Positions 26,985-28,473 of a stretch of 28,473 bases of DNA are shown here, one piece after another. The stretch covers positions 1 to 28,473 of IMG/VR virus record IMGVR_UViG_3300009058_000007. One strand, written 5' to 3'. Position 1 is the first letter of the stretch; each line of letters starts with the position of its first letter. The position numbers were made by a program, and so were the translations under genes. The stretch comes from a virus (taxonomy: Duplodnaviria > Caudoviricetes). Under the pieces are notes generated by a model. The model was not told the origin of the DNA and did not search any database. It worked only from the letters and a program-made list of their open reading frames with translations.

Positions 26985-27173
26985 ATGAGAATATTAAGAG
27001 AAAAAAGATTAAACCAAGAGTTAATAAACGGAGTTACACTCACTGAGTTAAGAGATAAATTATATGATGAGATGAATATCCTCCAAGACAATGATAGATT
27101 ATTGCAAGCAATAGGTGCTTATAAAGATATAAAAATAGTTGAAGAGTGGATTGAATTAGAAAATAATAACTAA
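26985..27173 (+). CDS. Hypothetical early protein (62 aa)
   Basis: ORF with a TAAAATT-ATG leader, downstream of promoter 1. Confidence 0.7.
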   Translation: MRILREKRLNQELINGVTLTELRDKLYDEMNILQDNDRLLQAIGAYKDIKIVEEWIELENNN

Positions 27174-27216
27174 TAAAATACGTTGCAAACCAACTAAGAT
27201 TGTGATAATATATATG
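27174..27216 (+). promoter_or_regulatory. Conserved phage early promoter, copy 2
   Basis: TAAAATACGTTGCAAA-N12-GTGATAATATATATG. Confidence 0.85.
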
Positions 27217-27235
27217 AATTAAAAATATAAATACT

Positions 27236-27412
27236 ATGAGATTTCCATCTAACTTTACTACAGAAAACAAAATAACTTTTTACACACAAAGAAAAAAAGA
27301 AATGACTAAACAGTTTAATAAATTTTCTAAACTAAATAAAATAGAACATTCTAATAAATTAAAAAAAGAAATAGAAATCTGTGAAGTAGAATTGTTAAAC
27401 TTAAATAAATAA
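27236..27412 (+). CDS. Hypothetical early protein (58 aa)
   Basis: Hand translation: MRFPSNFTTENKITFYTQRKKEMTKQFNKFSKLNKIEHSNKLKKEIEICEVELLNLNK. Confidence 0.65.
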   Translation: MRFPSNFTTENKITFYTQRKKEMTKQFNKFSKLNKIEHSNKLKKEIEICEVELLNLNK

Positions 27413-27416
27413 AAAT

Positions 27417-27515
27417 ATGAAAACAGAATATACTTTTGAAAGCTTAAATGAATGGAGTAGTGGTGACTTAATATGGTTAGTACTAGAAATGCAAGAAGAA
27501 TTAAAAAATAAATAA
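27417..27515 (+). CDS. Hypothetical early microprotein (32 aa)
   Basis: MKTEYTFESLNEWSSGDLIWLVLEMQEELKNK; tightly packed between neighbours. Confidence 0.6.
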   Translation: MKTEYTFESLNEWSSGDLIWLVLEMQEELKNK

Positions 27516-27516
27516 T

Positions 27517-27738
27517 ATGAAGGAATTAAAAGAATATATGGAAGCTAAGAAAAAAGCTAACGCTTTAAAATGGATGAACGTAGATGGCTACGACACTATC
27601 CAAGGATTCACACAGAGAGAGTTTAATGAGTCCGTGAAACAAATAAAGCGTAAGACCTCAACAACTAGAAGAAGTCACTCTAAAGGCAATTTATGGACTC
27701 ACAATAATTTGCCAAGAATTAAGCAAAATATCTTATAA
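27517..27738 (+). CDS. Hypothetical early protein (73 aa)
   Basis: In the ORF track; its stop codon overlaps promoter 3. Confidence 0.7.
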   Translation: MKELKEYMEAKKKANALKWMNVDGYDTIQGFTQREFNESVKQIKRKTSTTRRSHSKGNLWTHNNLPRIKQNIL

Positions 27739-27778
27739 AATACGTTGCAAAGCAAATAAACAAGTGATAATATAAATG
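27736..27778 (+). promoter_or_regulatory. Conserved phage early promoter, copy 3
   Basis: TAAAATACGTTGCAAA-N12-GTGATAATATAAATG. Confidence 0.85.
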
Positions 27779-27916
27779 ATGAAAACAAATAACCCATACG
27801 ACCAAAAGTTTGAACTATATCTAATAAAAAAAGGTTACAACTTAAACACAATAAGTCTAAACGAAAGTTTAAAAGAATTAAAAATATATAATAAAAAACA
27901 TGAAATACGAAATTAA
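27779..27916 (+). CDS. Hypothetical early microprotein (45 aa; alternative start 27776)
   Basis: MKTNNPYDQKFELYLIKKGYNLNTISLNESLKELKIYNKKHEIRN. Confidence 0.55.
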   Translation: MKTNNPYDQKFELYLIKKGYNLNTISLNESLKELKIYNKKHEIRN

Positions 27917-28013
27917 ATACAACTTAGCAATAGTAACTCCTGAAAAAGATGAAATGTGTAAGTATTCAGTATGGATTCCGTGTGAATGTACAAAATGTAA
28001 AAATTATGCATAA
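27900..28013 (+). CDS. 37-aa Cys-rich microprotein
   Basis: MKYEIKYNLAIVTPEKDEMCKYSVWIPCECTKCKNYA (C-x7-C-x-C-x2-C); overlaps both neighbours by a few nt. Confidence 0.55.
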   Translation: MKYEIKYNLAIVTPEKDEMCKYSVWIPCECTKCKNYA

Positions 28014-28182
28014 ACAAGAAGTAGTAGGTATTGCAAACTTTATAAGAAAGCAATTAGAAGAAAAAGTATTTGATATGATAATAGAAGATTTATTTGAATC
28101 AAGATTGATAACAGAAACAAACGAGGATGCTTTAACATTAGCAACAGTAATAAGAAACCAAGTATTTAATGAAACGGAATAA
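28006..28182 (+). CDS. Hypothetical early protein (58 aa)
   Basis: Start reassigned to ATG 28006 (AAAAATT-ATG leader): MHKQEVVGIANFIRKQLEEK... Confidence 0.65.
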   Translation: MHKQEVVGIANFIRKQLEEKVFDMIIEDLFESRLITETNEDALTLATVIRNQVFNETE

Positions 28183-28300
28183 AAAGAATACAAGAAAAAC
28201 AATAGCAAAGCTAACACAAGAAAAAATAAAAGTTATTGAGCAAGAATATTGGGAAAAATACAATGCAAATATTCCACAATGGCAACAAGAAATGTACTAA
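28169..28300 (+). CDS. Hypothetical early microprotein (43 aa)
   Basis: MKRNKKNTRKTIAKLTQEKIKVIEQEYWEKYNANIPQWQQEMY. Confidence 0.6.
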   Translation: MKRNKKNTRKTIAKLTQEKIKVIEQEYWEKYNANIPQWQQEMY

Positions 28301-28301
28301 T

Positions 28302-28473
28302 ATGAAAACAAAACAAACATGGGTATTTTACGGAGGAACTAACTTTGATTTATCAGTAAAAACAATATACTTCATTAAAGAATGTAAAAACCCAACAAGA
28401 ACAAAAGAATATAGAAAAATGATGGAATTACTTGAAGATAATACTTTCAAAACAGTTGGGCATATGACTTCAA
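28302..28473 (+). CDS. Hypothetical early protein (partial)
   Basis: MKTKQTWVFYGGTNFDLSVKTIYFIKECKNPTRTKEYRK...; open to the window end. Confidence 0.6.
   Translation, partial: MKTKQTWVFYGGTNFDLSVKTIYFIKECKNPTRTKEYRKMMELLEDNTFKTVGHMTS

Noticed and set aside
26825-27778. The three repeats as a CRISPR array
   Set aside because: Spacing is 349 and 562 nt with ORFs between, and the bipartite structure with a variable core fits promoters.
27040-28217. Minus-strand ORFs 27040..27270 and 27966..28217
   Set aside because: They are antisense to the tiled early genes, and their hydrophobicity reflects the A-rich opposite strand.
1-28473. Stop-codon reassignment as seen in some crAss-like phages
   Set aside because: All core genes are intact in the standard code, and TAG (terL) and TGA act as stops at tight gene junctions.

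Overview
AT-rich fragment of a tailed dsDNA phage (Caudoviricetes). It is most consistent with a marine Bacteroidota/Flavobacteriia-type phage with a crAss-like podovirus head/tail module: start codons have A/T-rich leaders and no Shine-Dalgarno. Positions 1-26391 form one minus-strand late cluster. In transcription order it holds membrane proteins, a first lectin-fibre cassette, small very basic proteins, groEL-groES, a winged-helix protein, a hub tail fibre with several fibre/lectin modules, holin(s), an M15 endolysin, a tandem GroES-like protein, terS/terL, portal, scaffold, major capsid and tail ring proteins. After a ~590-nt non-coding switch region, a plus-strand array of tiny early genes follows three copies of a conserved promoter. 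The most striking observation is a 233-codon ORF nested in the +1 frame of terL. It has a lipoprotein signal peptide, terL codon choices around it avoid creating stops in that frame, and a second nested ORF follows it. Other notable items are a duplicated adaptor-chaperone-lectin fibre cassette, a split LamG domain, and a second two-domain co-chaperonin-like gene. All calls come from reading motifs by eye; no database searches were run.
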